Shown here one piece after another: positions 39,101 to 50,100 of a stretch of 57,270 bases of DNA. The notes under the pieces were generated by a model. It was not told the DNA's origin. It saw nothing but the letters and a program-made list of their open reading frames with translations, and did not search any database. Both the position numbers and the translations under genes were made by a program. Position 1 is the stretch's first letter. Each line of letters starts with the position of its first letter. Origin of the DNA: an uncultured virus (IMG/VR IMGVR_UViG_3300022907_001216). Lineage: Duplodnaviria; Heunggongvirae; Uroviricota; Caudoviricetes. The stretch is from IMG/VR virus record IMGVR_UViG_3300022907_001216; one strand, 5' to 3'.

Positions 39101-41043
39101 CATTAGGTAGTATGCAAAACGTTTCAACTGTAAGTACTTCGGGTCACGCATTTGAATATGTTGGCGCAGGTGTTACCTATAACGCACTTCCGTTCTTTGG
39201 CGGTAGTGCTATTGCTGAAAACGAAATTACAGAGACAGACAACGGTAAAGTATTTGCTGGTGGTACAGTTGACCAAATTGGTAACTTTAGAGTTGGTAAC
39301 TTCTTTAGTGTTAACGCACTAAGCGGCGCTATTACACTTAATGCTGAAGAAATTAATTTAAGTGGTATTGCTAGTATAGGACCGTTCAAGCGTTTTGGTA
39401 TTCCAGTTGGTGTTGAATTAAAAGAAGTAAGTAACAGTTCAGACTTAAGAGCCAGCACTGGTCAAGCAGATCAAAACACTGTGCCAACACAAGTTGCTGT
39501 TACAAACTATGTTGAAAACAGATATCTCAACAAACTTACAGGCGGAGTAGTATTAGGCGATGTACAAATCGATGCTGATTTAGCAGTTGACGGCGGTGAC
39601 TTAACTACTACTGCTACAACATTTAATTTATTAAATGACAACGCTAATATTGTAAATGCGTTTGGTGGCACAACACAATTAACAATCGGTGCTGTTGGCA
39701 TTGGTACTACAACTATCAAACACAATGTTGACATTGACTTAGATCTAAATGTCGACGGTGGTGATATTACAACAAACATACTTGATACTTTTAATCTGTT
39801 AAACACTAATGTTCAAACAGTAAATGCGTTTGGTGATGCTACAGAAATAAACATAGGTGCTGTATCTACAGACAGTGTGTTCCAAGTAAACAGTGAGATT
39901 GTAATATTCAACAGTGTCGGTACACTACAGATTCCAGTAGGAACAACAGCACAACGTGGAGCAGATAGTACAGCAGCAGTTGGTCAAATACGTTTTAACA
40001 CAACAGACGAAACGTTTGAAGGATATGACGGTGCTAACTGGGGAACACTTGGCGGTGTCAAAGATGTTGACCAAGACACCTTTATACGTCCTGAATCGAG
40101 CCCAGGAGCAGACGAAGATACATTAGACTTCTTTACCGACGGTGTAGAGCGCTTAGAACTAACCACAACCACCTTTACAATCCGTGATAGTGTGCTTACA
40201 GTATTAGAAAATACAACCGAAAGCACTGATTACTTAACAGGTGCTATGACTGTAGAAGGTGGTGTCGGAATCGCTCGTAACTTACATGTAAGAGGTTATA
40301 TAAGTGGCAACGAATCTGATGTGCTACAACTTACTGAAAAAGCTACAGATAAAATTTTAATACCTGCTAATACAATTCAATCTACTGATGGATTTAAAAT
40401 TATTACTGATGCTGGCGATAGTACAACATCAAGTATTAGTACACCAATTACACTAGCCCATCATAACCAATCAGGAACAGCATCAGCAGGTTCAGGTGTT
40501 GGATTAAATTTTGAAATTGAAACAACAAACAATTTGTTTGTAAATGGTGCTAAGATTGAAGCTATTAGTACTGATGTTACAACTGGTCAAGAAGACTTTG
40601 ACATGGTAGTAACTACTACAATTAATGGCGCAGATGTAGAAAAACTTAGAATAAGTGAAGATACAAGCACATTCACAACAAATGTTCAAATTGATCAAGA
40701 TTTATTTGTAACAGGTATTCTTGACGCAGCAGGATTTAGAGGAAGTATCTTTGCTGATGATAGCACCGAGATGATCGATGCTATTAACAACAGAATTGTT
40801 GTTACAACACTAGATGCTGGCACACTAACATTAGTTACAGATTTAGAAGTACAATATGGTGGTACAGGTGTAAGTACATTTACTGAAAATGGTATCCTTT
40901 ATGGTAATGTTGCTGATCCAGTACAAGTTACTGCCGCTGCTGGAAGTGCTGACGCAAGTAATAGTTTCCAGATTCTTACAGTAACAGCTGATGCTGACGC
41001 AACGCCAGTTTGGACTGACACAATAGATGGTGGTAGCTTTTAA
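33190..41043 (+). CDS. Giant fibre/tailspike-like structural protein (2617 aa) with 10 C-x-R-D helical repeats
   Basis: N-terminal YVSLEGNDDNDG...GDFYEDNPI...GDSLR beta-helix-type entry, ten Y[DN]xxxCxRD repeats, and a GQIRFNTTDETFEGYDG-W fibre motif. Confidence 0.75.
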   Translation: MEFIKKQSLYRRKIDNKELIIDADGNVSITPQTGKVTIDGDLAVSGSSSGPTNNLTFYVSLEGNDDNDGLGAGKDRAKRSVKAAVEAAPAGATIKVAPGDFYEDNPITMKERQTVRGDSLRNTQIFPNNSTSDIFLMDCACYLFQLTFRALQDPGWCARIKPGALVTVSPYVQNCTNMNGPWLNDGTEFTPFVTEQIEGVPATARPIENDPNVPLAKRVNENGGGNGILVDGNDYDQRSLVFSFVADAFTQIAQGGIGFHITNFGYTQIVSCFTVFTRIGFMTTKGGYLSISNSVSDFGTFGIIADGLFEKVYTTARPSQTYTSSVGSVTVNSTGAGYTGVPTVTFGAPETPGGVTAQGTASVDALRGEVTSVTVDNPGSGYQTQPTITFTGGGFTSQATATANLIKNQSIVVNSLRDVPQTGSIIKFEGDSTVYYVTGNDITTQPFIYDETVCRRDVNRIIDAVMGDIALGTNYQSISAGRSYLRANSAKVLNQQLQPTIFGIEAVRDEILARIPDSDPANEQFRYDVIEKIAIITNFIAEEDSSAAPDIVYDDSNATSNGAVAAKDNILLNKDFIVEETIKYIAEQFTDLSYDQDKCERDTRLITEAVAFDTALGTNYNSVTAGLSYARANATTVAEKQLEVTVAAYTHIRDLALALADVAADSTAVARVKAGYDEVIDIITGRAYNTTTCRRDVGQIVDSVAFDVALETNYNAVTTGLSYQRANSSYVKSAQFQQTIASYEYMKQIASDTYMASDTTAVSRSNAAFDEILDIIENGAVSTDSSADVLVFNTPTGGDINKEYARVLLQANRTYISTELNTWIQTNYPSLDYDAIKCARDTKYIVDAITFDVQYGGNFATRRAAEAYFEGTTSQLPADQRPITAAAYNHLANNILSQIVIENYPGQTTNGNLASSVEVDEVAGLASIIADVITANSVAGMPTLIEPSITWATAGLQTATTNWKTNKSTIQDDVIEEITIGNITNADTIVYPDPTGVITTRVNAKNQLLANKTFIKTEIAAYINQNFPSLGYNQKKCERDVGYIVDALIYDILYEGNSATRQTALSYFVGTTNQLGTVAEETTATIDAYTHLQGVVTGILLESALSKSSGNTLTQNTSNEPASAAEVTSSTSLIQIIIDVLTAGNTTNIVAKNNAVTDWAPASLQTAFASVFGQQDNFAAETTNYILENFPTFTYDREKCKRDVDLILQAVIRDAKLNSNHNAIVAGQRYLQGVSSVVTNDQLPATILAMREAKRLSLTYLTASSIATSRVTDGWDTVLELLENGTLPSEGYTYPSPTPASQELIDAARQLQDNKAFLIEETIAYINDQYFVYDSAKCARDSQLILDAVTNDLVTGTNYNSITAGRSYYRANSAYVISDQITQTVAAITHLKTETAAAVSADTASVTILNGLFDEIIDIIQNGEGNADALVWTNPAGDTSKTNARLMLQNNRAYIISELITWINTTYPYLTYDQSKCERDTGLIVDALSHDIQYETNLASIQNARAYFEGAVSVLPYDQRLETVGALNQLGIIAEQVCLGTYAGQNTSAGAADADDSAAVKALADIIENTVNANTLAVLPAETVPTLVGANATTQATRETILSAGDSSSADLVQSVIDYINNSLNGFSYNQEKCRRDTGYLIESTTHDLLYTGNKSSLLSARSYFYNNESQVYGQESQTTTALTRLKQVAGQVIQGIAVTPTTGNTETQSLVGTYGTSNEVTTSNDLFNITIDAINAGNLLSTPGDQEPDTSWALATMVAPLDVLLANSTVVQEGVITFIKENILGFSYNVTKCERDTKYIIDAALYDMMYGGNKQTRRAGEAYYTGTILAGITTAGSNADQEGVTEFAYKHLANLMSQIGQNKTVTTSDGVTLTQTYGTVGGTNEATTSVVANITKIAEIISAGTAPELPYEIDHFYDVLGDTTANAKRTIVLADEQAIEDEAIRLLNLEYGGVAELTLFPQLTYVAEGTLGSMQNVSTVSTSGHAFEYVGAGVTYNALPFFGGSAIAENEITETDNGKVFAGGTVDQIGNFRVGNFFSVNALSGAITLNAEEINLSGIASIGPFKRFGIPVGVELKEVSNSSDLRASTGQADQNTVPTQVAVTNYVENRYLNKLTGGVVLGDVQIDADLAVDGGDLTTTATTFNLLNDNANIVNAFGGTTQLTIGAVGIGTTTIKHNVDIDLDLNVDGGDITTNILDTFNLLNTNVQTVNAFGDATEINIGAVSTDSVFQVNSEIVIFNSVGTLQIPVGTTAQRGADSTAAVGQIRFNTTDETFEGYDGANWGTLGGVKDVDQDTFIRPESSPGADEDTLDFFTDGVERLELTTTTFTIRDSVLTVLENTTESTDYLTGAMTVEGGVGIARNLHVRGYISGNESDVLQLTEKATDKILIPANTIQSTDGFKIITDAGDSTTSSISTPITLAHHNQSGTASAGSGVGLNFEIETTNNLFVNGAKIEAISTDVTTGQEDFDMVVTTTINGADVEKLRISEDTSTFTTNVQIDQDLFVTGILDAAGFRGSIFADDSTEMIDAINNRIVVTTLDAGTLTLVTDLEVQYGGTGVSTFTENGILYGNVADPVQVTAAAGSADASNSFQILTVTADADATPVWTDTIDGGSF

Positions 41044-41064
41044 ATAAAAAGCTACTACTTTTTC
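41032..41064 (+). terminator. Putative terminator
   Basis: GGTAGCTTTT-AAAT-AAAAGCTACT hairpin over the stop codon, followed by ACTTTTTC. Confidence 0.6.
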
Positions 41065-41070
41065 TCCGTG

Positions 41071-41152
41071 ATAAATAGTATTAACGATCTCTATCGTTTT
41101 TAATTTGGGCGTCTTCGGACCTGACCCGTTACCTATTTAGGAGGCAGCCAAT
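41071..41152 (+). promoter_or_regulatory. Late promoter motif plus structured leader with UUCG tetraloop
   Basis: ATAAATA at 41071, AACGAT-CTCT-ATCGTT, GTC-TTCG-GAC inside GGG...CCC, then an AGGAGG SD. Confidence 0.5.
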
Positions 41153-44100
41153 ATGGCAACAACAATTAGACACAAGCGAAGTGCGGTCGCTGGTAATCAA
41201 CCTAGTGTAGCACAACTTGAATCCGGCGAATTAGCCATCAACACAGCAGACGGTAAAGTATATCTACTAAGAGATGATAACACTGTCCAAGATATTACAA
41301 AAAGAATATTTGAAGGTAATACTGAAGTTAGAGTAGACGACTTGTTAGATAGCGCAAGTGCTGAGATCAGCATGAGTGTTAACGGCGATGAAAAAATGAC
41401 AGTGACTAATGCTGGATTTAATATAAAAGACGATGTTGATTTAGAAGATGCTACAAAACTTACTTTTAGAGAAAGTATCGGTTCGGGTGAAGATGGGATT
41501 AGTCTTAAAGCACCAGATAACCTTCCAAACAGTTATGATTTAACTCTGCCTCTAGTTAATGGTACTGTTGGACAAATTTTAAAAACAGACGGTAACGGAA
41601 ATCTAGCATTTGGAGATCCTGATATTTTTGGCGGTAACGTAATTTATGTCAGTGCTGAACAAGGCGACGATGATAACGATGGACAAAGTGCTCCAGTAAA
41701 AACAATTAAAAGAGCATGTAAATTAGCCAGTGCTATTGTTTACAATCCAGATGGAACAATTACAGGTACAAGAGTTAATATCAAAGTTGCGGTTGGTGAC
41801 TATACAGAAGATAACCCACTTATTATTCCAGACAATGTTGTTGTTAAAGGCGACGGTTTGCGTGGTTGTATTGTACGTCCAGCTAATGCTAACTTGGATA
41901 TGTTTCGTGTACGTAATGCTTGTTACTTTGGTGAATTTACATTCCGTGACGGTGTTGACGATAACCAAGTTCCACTTATTACTTGGGACTATGCTACAGT
42001 GTTTGACGATCCTAATGCTACTGATATAACAGATAGAAGCGAATACACAAACTTACCAAACACAAAACCAACTATTGTTACTTCACCATATACGCAGAAC
42101 TGTTCCATTATTTCGTTCTTGGGAGGTAGTGGTGCTAAGATTGATGGTGCGTTGGTTGAATCTCCAAACGTTCCTCGTTACAATATTGAAGCTGAGAATC
42201 CAGTTGTAGGAGCCACACCTGAGCAAGGTAAATCAATGGTTGCTAACGCATACACCATGCTTTCATTTGGTGGTACAGGCTGGCGTCTACTTAACGATGC
42301 TTACGCACAGATCGTTTCGTGTTTCCAAATTTTCCTACTAAACGGTGTTTACACACAGTCAGGTGGTTATTGTTCCATTACTAACTCCGCTACAAACTTT
42401 GGATTGTATGCGTTGAGATCTAGTGGTTATTCACCAAAAGCATTTGAATTTGACAGAGCACATGTTGTATCTACTGGTGCTAGTGAAGGTAAACAAACAA
42501 TTACTATTGTTGGTGTAAATCGTGATGCGCCTGTTGAAGAATTTATTTTAAGATACAGAGATCCTGGTTATAAAAGAGCGTATACTTTAATTTTAAATCA
42601 AAGAGATGCTATTGCCCAAGATACAGTTGATTGGATTAACTTACAAATTTCTAACGCAGCTGGTTCTCCAAGCATTTATGCTGGCTTTGAATATAACGAA
42701 GATAAATGTAGAAGAGACACTAGGTTACTTATAGAATCTATTAGATATGATGCTGCTTTAAATAGTAACGCTAGAACTATCAACGCAGCATTAACATATT
42801 TTAATGGTAGGTTTGATGCTTCATTATTTGCGGCGCAAAAAGATCAACATATTGATGCTTATGGCAATGCTAAAACTTTTACAGCGGGTATTGTACAAGA
42901 TTCAACGTTTGAATCAAGAACAGATGCACTTTGGGATGAAATCATAGAAATTCTTGGTGCTGGTAGTAGTGCGAGCATAGCAGGAGACGAATTAGTTGAT
43001 GCTAGAGTATTGCCTACTGCTATCAACACCAATAGTGGTAATGCTGTAGCACAATTGTTAGCAAACAGAACATTTATACAAAAAGAATTAACAGCTTGGA
43101 TTAATGCTCAAGTTGCTGGAAATATTGCTCCTTTCTCTACAGGATTTGTATATAATGTAGCAGCATGTGAAAACGATGCTAGTAAAATTGTAGATGCTAT
43201 AACATATGATCTTTCCACTGGCGGTAACTTAGAAAGTTTGATAGCAGCTCAACAGTATTTTGTTGACGGTACTGCTGTATACGGTACAGGACAAAAAGAA
43301 GAAACTGTCGCAGCTTGGGGCAGAATGAAAGAGATTGTTGAAAAGATTGTTAAAGAAGAAGCAGTTACAGTGTCTTCAGGAAACATCATTACACAAGATA
43401 CAAGCGGTACTGCTGCTACACAAACAGAAGCAGATTTTGCTAAAGCTAGAATAGATGAAATTATTCAACATATTCAAACCAATGCTGGAACATTAGCAGA
43501 CCCGATCAACCCTGATTTGACTGCTCTTGGTGTAAGTCAAACTTTACAAGATGATTTTATAAGATTAGATGAAATAGGCGCAATTAACATTGCTCAAAGA
43601 GTAACACAGTATATTAACGAAAGTATTGACGCAGCAAAATGGTATAATTTTGATTATGATCAAGCAAAATGTTTAAGAGATTCTAAATTAATTGTTGAAG
43701 CTGTTGCTAAAGATACATGGGATACAGGTAACAGATATTCTCGTAGTGCTGGATTAAGTTACTTTGCTGCTAACTTAGCAGACTCTTCACGTAGTAGTAT
43801 TAGCGGACAAGAACTACAAACAATTGCTGCTATACAACAATCTGCTATCTATACAAACGCAGTTATTACAGGCAAAACTGGCATAACAACGGATATTGAA
43901 GATTTTGTTCAAAGTAGATTTAACATTGTAAGTGAAGCAATTAGATCACCAGAAGAAATTCCAGCACCACAAGAAGTAAGTAGTGAAGGAGATGTAACAA
44001 ACGACTTTATTCCAACTCCAACTGAAACAACTTTTAGTTCAACAGCTGATGTTGATAAAGGTACAAGTATTTTTACAATTACAGGGCATGGATTTACAAA

Positions 44101-47100
44101 TGGTGAAAAACTTATCTATGATGCTAATGGAAATATTCCAATTGGTGGATTAGATGACGAACAGACTTATTATGCTAACGTATTAGATCCTGATACATTT
44201 AGTTTAACATTTGATGATAGTTTGGAATTTCCAGTACAACTATTTGAAAACATAACTAACTCTGGCAATCATATTTTTAGAACAAATATTATTGAATTCT
44301 TTGTTGAAGAAATTTTAAGTTCACATACTACGTATCAAACATTGATACTAGAGTCTGGTGCTGAAAGTTATGAATTTGTTCCAGGAAGAGCTATTACAGG
44401 TACAACAGGAGCAAACAATAATAGTGCCTTTGTTTCTAGTTGGGAACCAGCAGAACGTAGACTAGTAGTAAGTATCGAAGAAGTTGCTGTTGGATCAAGT
44501 GTTCTTAGAATACAATTTGATGCTACAAGCATTATTAGTGCTGATCACGCAGGTAGTCCTAATACAAATATTAGTATAAATGAAGTATCAACAAAACTTG
44601 GGTTAGGTACAGCAACGTTTAGTATTACAGCAACAGACGGAAGTAGCAGTATCACAAACACAGGAAACTTACCCGAGAGGCAAATTTGGTTCCACAGACC
44701 AAGTATTGTTAACTCGTCCGCACACACTTGGGAATACGCAGGTTCAGGAACAGACTATAACGCACTACCACAAAACGGTGGTAACACAAGATCTGAGTTT
44801 GAACAATATGAAGAATTACCAGGTCGTGTTTATTCATCAGGTACAAACGAACTTGGTGACTTTAAAGTTGGTGACTTTATTACAGCGTTTAACAGAACTG
44901 GTAACATTACATTTAGAAACAAAGTTCAGGTGGACGAACTTGATGCGTTGAAATTAAGTTTGAGTGATGTTGCTATTGAAGAAATTTCAACTGATGTTAA
45001 CTTAGGTGATGACGAAATTGGCGGTCCAAGTGATGCACGATTGGTTACGCAGTTAGCTATTAGATCGTTTATTGGTAACAGGCTAGGTGGTTTTGTTGAC
45101 AAAACTGTGTCTACTGCGGCTGTTCCAGGCGCTATTGTTCAGTTGAACACAAACGGTCAGTTGAATGGCGAACTTATTCCTGCTACTAGACAGTTTACAA
45201 ACACAAACACAGAAGGTTATCTATCAAGGCTTTTACAAGTAGATGATATTCCAGCTGTTGATTTGTCAGCTGGAGACATTGCTACTGAAAACTATGAACA
45301 AGTTGAACTTACACTTAGTGGTAATATTACCGCAACAGACGGAGATACAATTACACAACCAGGTGTTACTGGTGCTACAGGTTATGCTAAAGGTAATTTT
45401 TCGGTTAGTGGCAACATTCTTGTAGCAACTGTCGACGGTGCTTGGGACGAAACTGACGATAGTGTTGGTGATCCATGGGATGTAACAAACAATCTAAACT
45501 TGTTTGTAAACGGCGTAGACTCAGGTGTACACCCAACATCTAAAGGAGCATCAAGTGCTATTATTGATAACTTCTTCCTAAAAAGTTCTAATACTAGTCA
45601 GTATTTGTTACTTGATCCAACTGAAGATTATAACTTTACCATTGTAGATTTATCAAGTGTTGCTAGAGCAAGTAACATACAAACTATTGTAACAAATGGA
45701 TCACATGGCCTTAATGTAGGTAACCAAGTAGAAGTTGTATGTACAGAAGACAACACCTTTAATGTGTTTGGAGAAGTGATAAGTATCCCATCTGGTACAT
45801 CGTTTACAATTGAGAACATAGGTATAGATGTTAGCACAACATCAAGAACAGGTAGTGTAAGAAGTGTTGTAACAAGTGCTGATGGTGGTGCGCAAGGTTC
45901 TGTAACAGAACTACGTCTTGGTGTACTTGTTAACGTTGATAATGCTAATATAACAGGCGGCAGTGGTTATTTGCCAGCACAAGGTAATCAAATTTATGAA
46001 AATGTTGCTCTTACAAATGTAAGTGGGACCGGTTCTGGTGCTAGAGCAGATATTACAGTTACAGCAGGAGCAGTAAGTGATGTTGACTTACGTAGAGGCG
46101 GAACTGGTTATGAAGTAGCTGATATTGTTAGTTGTAATGCATCTGACATAGGTGGCGCCGGCAGTAATTTCCAAATTGAAGTATCGGCAATTGAAAAACG
46201 TGCTTATGTTAATATTTTAGGCGGAGAATTATTTGTTGCTTCGACATCAAGTATTGACTTTGTTGAAGATGTTGACGCTGTTGTAAATGCGTTTGATATT
46301 GGTTTAGATAACGTTCTTAGTTTAAACTTTTTAGCTGGTACCATAGCAGGTGGCGGTAGTGTAAACTATACAGATGATAGAATTACTATTACTAATCATG
46401 GATTGGAAAATGGTGATCCAGTTACATATGACACAATTGGTAACGTTGCTATTGGTGGTATGTTAAATGGTAGAGTATATTACGCTAAAAAGATTGATGA
46501 CAATACCATTGAAATTTACGACGATTATAGCTTGATTAATCAAATTGAATTTTTAACAACACCGTTAAACAACAACCATAATTTAAGTAGATTCACTGTT
46601 AACCTAACAGACGATAGTCTCCTTGTTCAAAATAATGGTTTAACTACTGGTGATGCTATTAGAATTAATACTTTAACAGATGGATCAACTTCTAATGCAT
46701 TGCCTAATATTGACGGTAAAGAAATTACAGATGGCGCAAGATTCTTTGTAGGTTCAGTAACAACAAACTCATTTACATTACACGCTTTACGTTCAGATGC
46801 GTTAAGCAGTATTAATGGACTTGTTACAAACAGAAAAGATATTGGTACAGCAGGTGTTGGTAGTGCGAGAATTACACCGAGCAATGTTAGAGTTACTGAA
46901 ATTGTTAACACTTCTAGCAGAATTAAATCAAACTGGAATACACTTGCTGCTACAAACATTGATGCTGAAAATATTATTTCAGGTACAATTTCACCAAGTA
47001 GACTTGGAGGCAGCGGAGTACCAAATAGTGATACAGTATTATTTGGTGATAGTAGATATGATACTGTTGTTCAAAGTCTCAAAAAAGCATCTACAACAGA

Positions 47101-50100
47101 TAACCCAATTACACTAACAGGATCAAGTTCAAATGCTGAATTCTACGGTGATCCAGTAAACATTGGTATAGCTAACGCTGACTACGATCCACTTGGAACA
47201 TTCTCAACACTTGGAACAAGTAGATTCCTACAAACACAATTTGATGTAAATTCAAACGGTAGTGGTGAGGTGTTTATTAAGGATGGAATAGTAGATGCTG
47301 GAACATTAGATGGTTTAGATAGTGCTTACTTTTTAAACCCAGCAAACTTAACTAGTCCTGTGCCTGTTGTACGTGGCGGTACAAATATAACCACGTATGC
47401 TGTTGGTGATATCATCTACGCTCAATCAGCAGCAAGTTTAAACACATTAAATATTGGTCGAGTAAATACATTCTTAAAGTCAAATGGAACAGTACCTGAA
47501 TGGGGTACAGCACTCGATCTAGCTGAAGGTCTAGATGTTGGATCTGCTAGATTAAGTTCAAGTAGTACAGCAACAGGTCAAATCTATAATGACAATGTGA
47601 CTACAATTGAAATTGGCGGCGATGCTGAAAATGTTAAAATTGGTAAAAATAGTGAAAGTAGAAATATTAGCACTTTTGTAGAAACATATGAGGCAACTAA
47701 CACTCAAGATGTTGTTGTAAATTTAGCAGATATTCAAGTAAGTACAAGTGATGCTAGTGCTAACGGTGAAAAGGTTTTAATTTTTAGCGACACTACTTCA
47801 ATTGCATTTGGTATGACAGTTACTGGTAGCGGTAGTATTCCTGCTAACACAACGGTTACTGGTATTACCGAAAACGAAGTATTTTTAAGTGATGATTTAA
47901 CAGGTAGTGTTTTAACAGGCACAACTATCTCATTTAATTATACTCCTCTAACTTTAGGCGTGAGGGTTGGTGATACAGTAATTATTGATCAAAGTACAAT
48001 TACTAACTTAGACGGACAATGGCCAGTTATTGGTGCTACTACTAACGCAACATCATTTACTATTAGAACAAATCAAAACGTAAATGCTGATCCGGCTGTT
48101 ACACAAGTTGGTACAATATCAAAAGAAAATACTATTGTTCTTAAAAACCAAAACGTTGTGATTGGCGGCGGAGAATTTGGAACATCTCCTCTTCCAGCAA
48201 TTATTAAAGGCGAAGGCGGAATTGGAACAGACGTAGCAGGTGGTAATATAACAATACAACCTGGCCTAGGTACAGGTAATGCTTCCGGCGGCAACTTTAT
48301 TGTAAAAACTGGTGAAACAGGAACAACAGGCGAAGTTGTACAAACAGCAACTACAAGAATGACTATAGACACTGATGGAGTCACAACCTTTACTGGTTAT
48401 ACTAACTTTAGTGATACTTCGGCAATTAAGTTACCTGTTGGTACTACAGCACAGCGTCCTACAGATGCTCAAGGACAAATACGTTATAACACTACAGATA
48501 GCACATTTGAAGGATATGACGGAAGTAACTGGAGCGGTTTAGGCGGTGTTATTGATGTTGATCAAGATACAAAAATTGTTGCTGAAACGACATCAGGGTC
48601 TGATAATGACGATTTAGATTTCTTTACAGCAGGTGTAGCAAGACTACAAATTAATCAAGCGGGATCGTTTAGATTTGGTACTGACTTAAATAAATTTGTA
48701 ATTAACGGAACAAACGGTGACACTAGTATTGCAGGTGATGTTGATATTACAGGAGACTTAACTGTAAACGGTACTACAACTACACTTAATTCAACTACAT
48801 TACAAGTTGATGATAAAAACATTGAATTAGGCACTGTAGATACACCAACTGATGTGACAGCAGACGGCGGTGGTATTACATTAAAAGGCGCAACCGATCA
48901 TACTATACATGGTCAAATGCTAACGATAGCTGGGACTTTAGCGAGAATGTTAATGTAATAAGTGGCAAAGAATATCGTGTAAACAATACAAGTGTTCTTA
49001 CTAGTACAACACTTGGTTCTACAGTAATCAATACTAGCATACAAAATACCGGCGCTCTTGATGGCGGTAGTATTACTAGCGGTTTTGGTAGTATTAATAT
49101 TGGAACAAGTGCCCTTACAGCAACAGGTTCTATATCATTAGGCGCTACATCTTTTAACGATAATAACATTACAAATGTAGGAAGTTTAGCACTAGATACT
49201 ATTAGCGGCGACAATGGTTCAAGTATGAACTTCGCAAGTTCAACTGTTGTAAATGTAGATAATGTAACACAAGCAACAAGCACTACAAGCGGTGCCATGA
49301 TAGTCGACGGTGGTGTAGGTATTGCTAAGAACTTACATGTTGGCGGAACACTAACTGGTAATGGCAGTGGCTTAACAACACTGAATGCAACTAACTTGTC
49401 AAGTGGTACAGTAAATGATGCTAGATTACCAACAAGCCAAGCAGGAAAAACATTTACAAGTGATATTACTGTACATGGTTTCAATGCTGGACGTGGTGGA
49501 AATAGTGGCGCTACAAACTTAATGTTTGGACATGGCGAAAACTTAACTGCTGCTGCTGAACATAATACAGGTATCGGTGGAACATCAATGACAGGTGCCT
49601 TATCCGGTGATGGTAATACTGCAGTTGGGTTTGCGTCATTGAGTGCTGCTACTAGTGTAAACAACAATACAGCAATTGGTTCAGACAGTCAAGAACAACG
49701 TACTAGTGTTGGAGACGGTAATACTAGTGTTGGTAAGAGTACAATGGCAAACAGTACTGCTGGTAGCAATAACACAGCATTAGGGTTACAGGCCTTAGAA
49801 ATTGTTACAGGTAATAACAACATTGTACTTGGTGCCCTAAGTGCTACAACATTAACCACAGGTAATAATAACATATTCCTTGGTTATGACATTGAACCAG
49901 CTTCTAACAGCACTAGTAACTTTATGCAAATTGGTAATGCTACAAACAATTCTTTGAGTATACCTGGAGTAAATGTAACTGTTTCAACAACAGCATTTAC
50001 ATTTAGTGGCACAAATGGATATAGTGGCGTAGGTACAAACTTAACAGCACTAAATGCTGATAATTTGTCCTCTGGTACAGTGCCAGATGGTAGAATCAGT

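Noticed and set aside
48900..48912. Programmed ribosomal frameshift in the fibre gene
   Set aside because: There is no slippery heptamer, homopolymer or obvious stimulator, so an indel is the simpler explanation.
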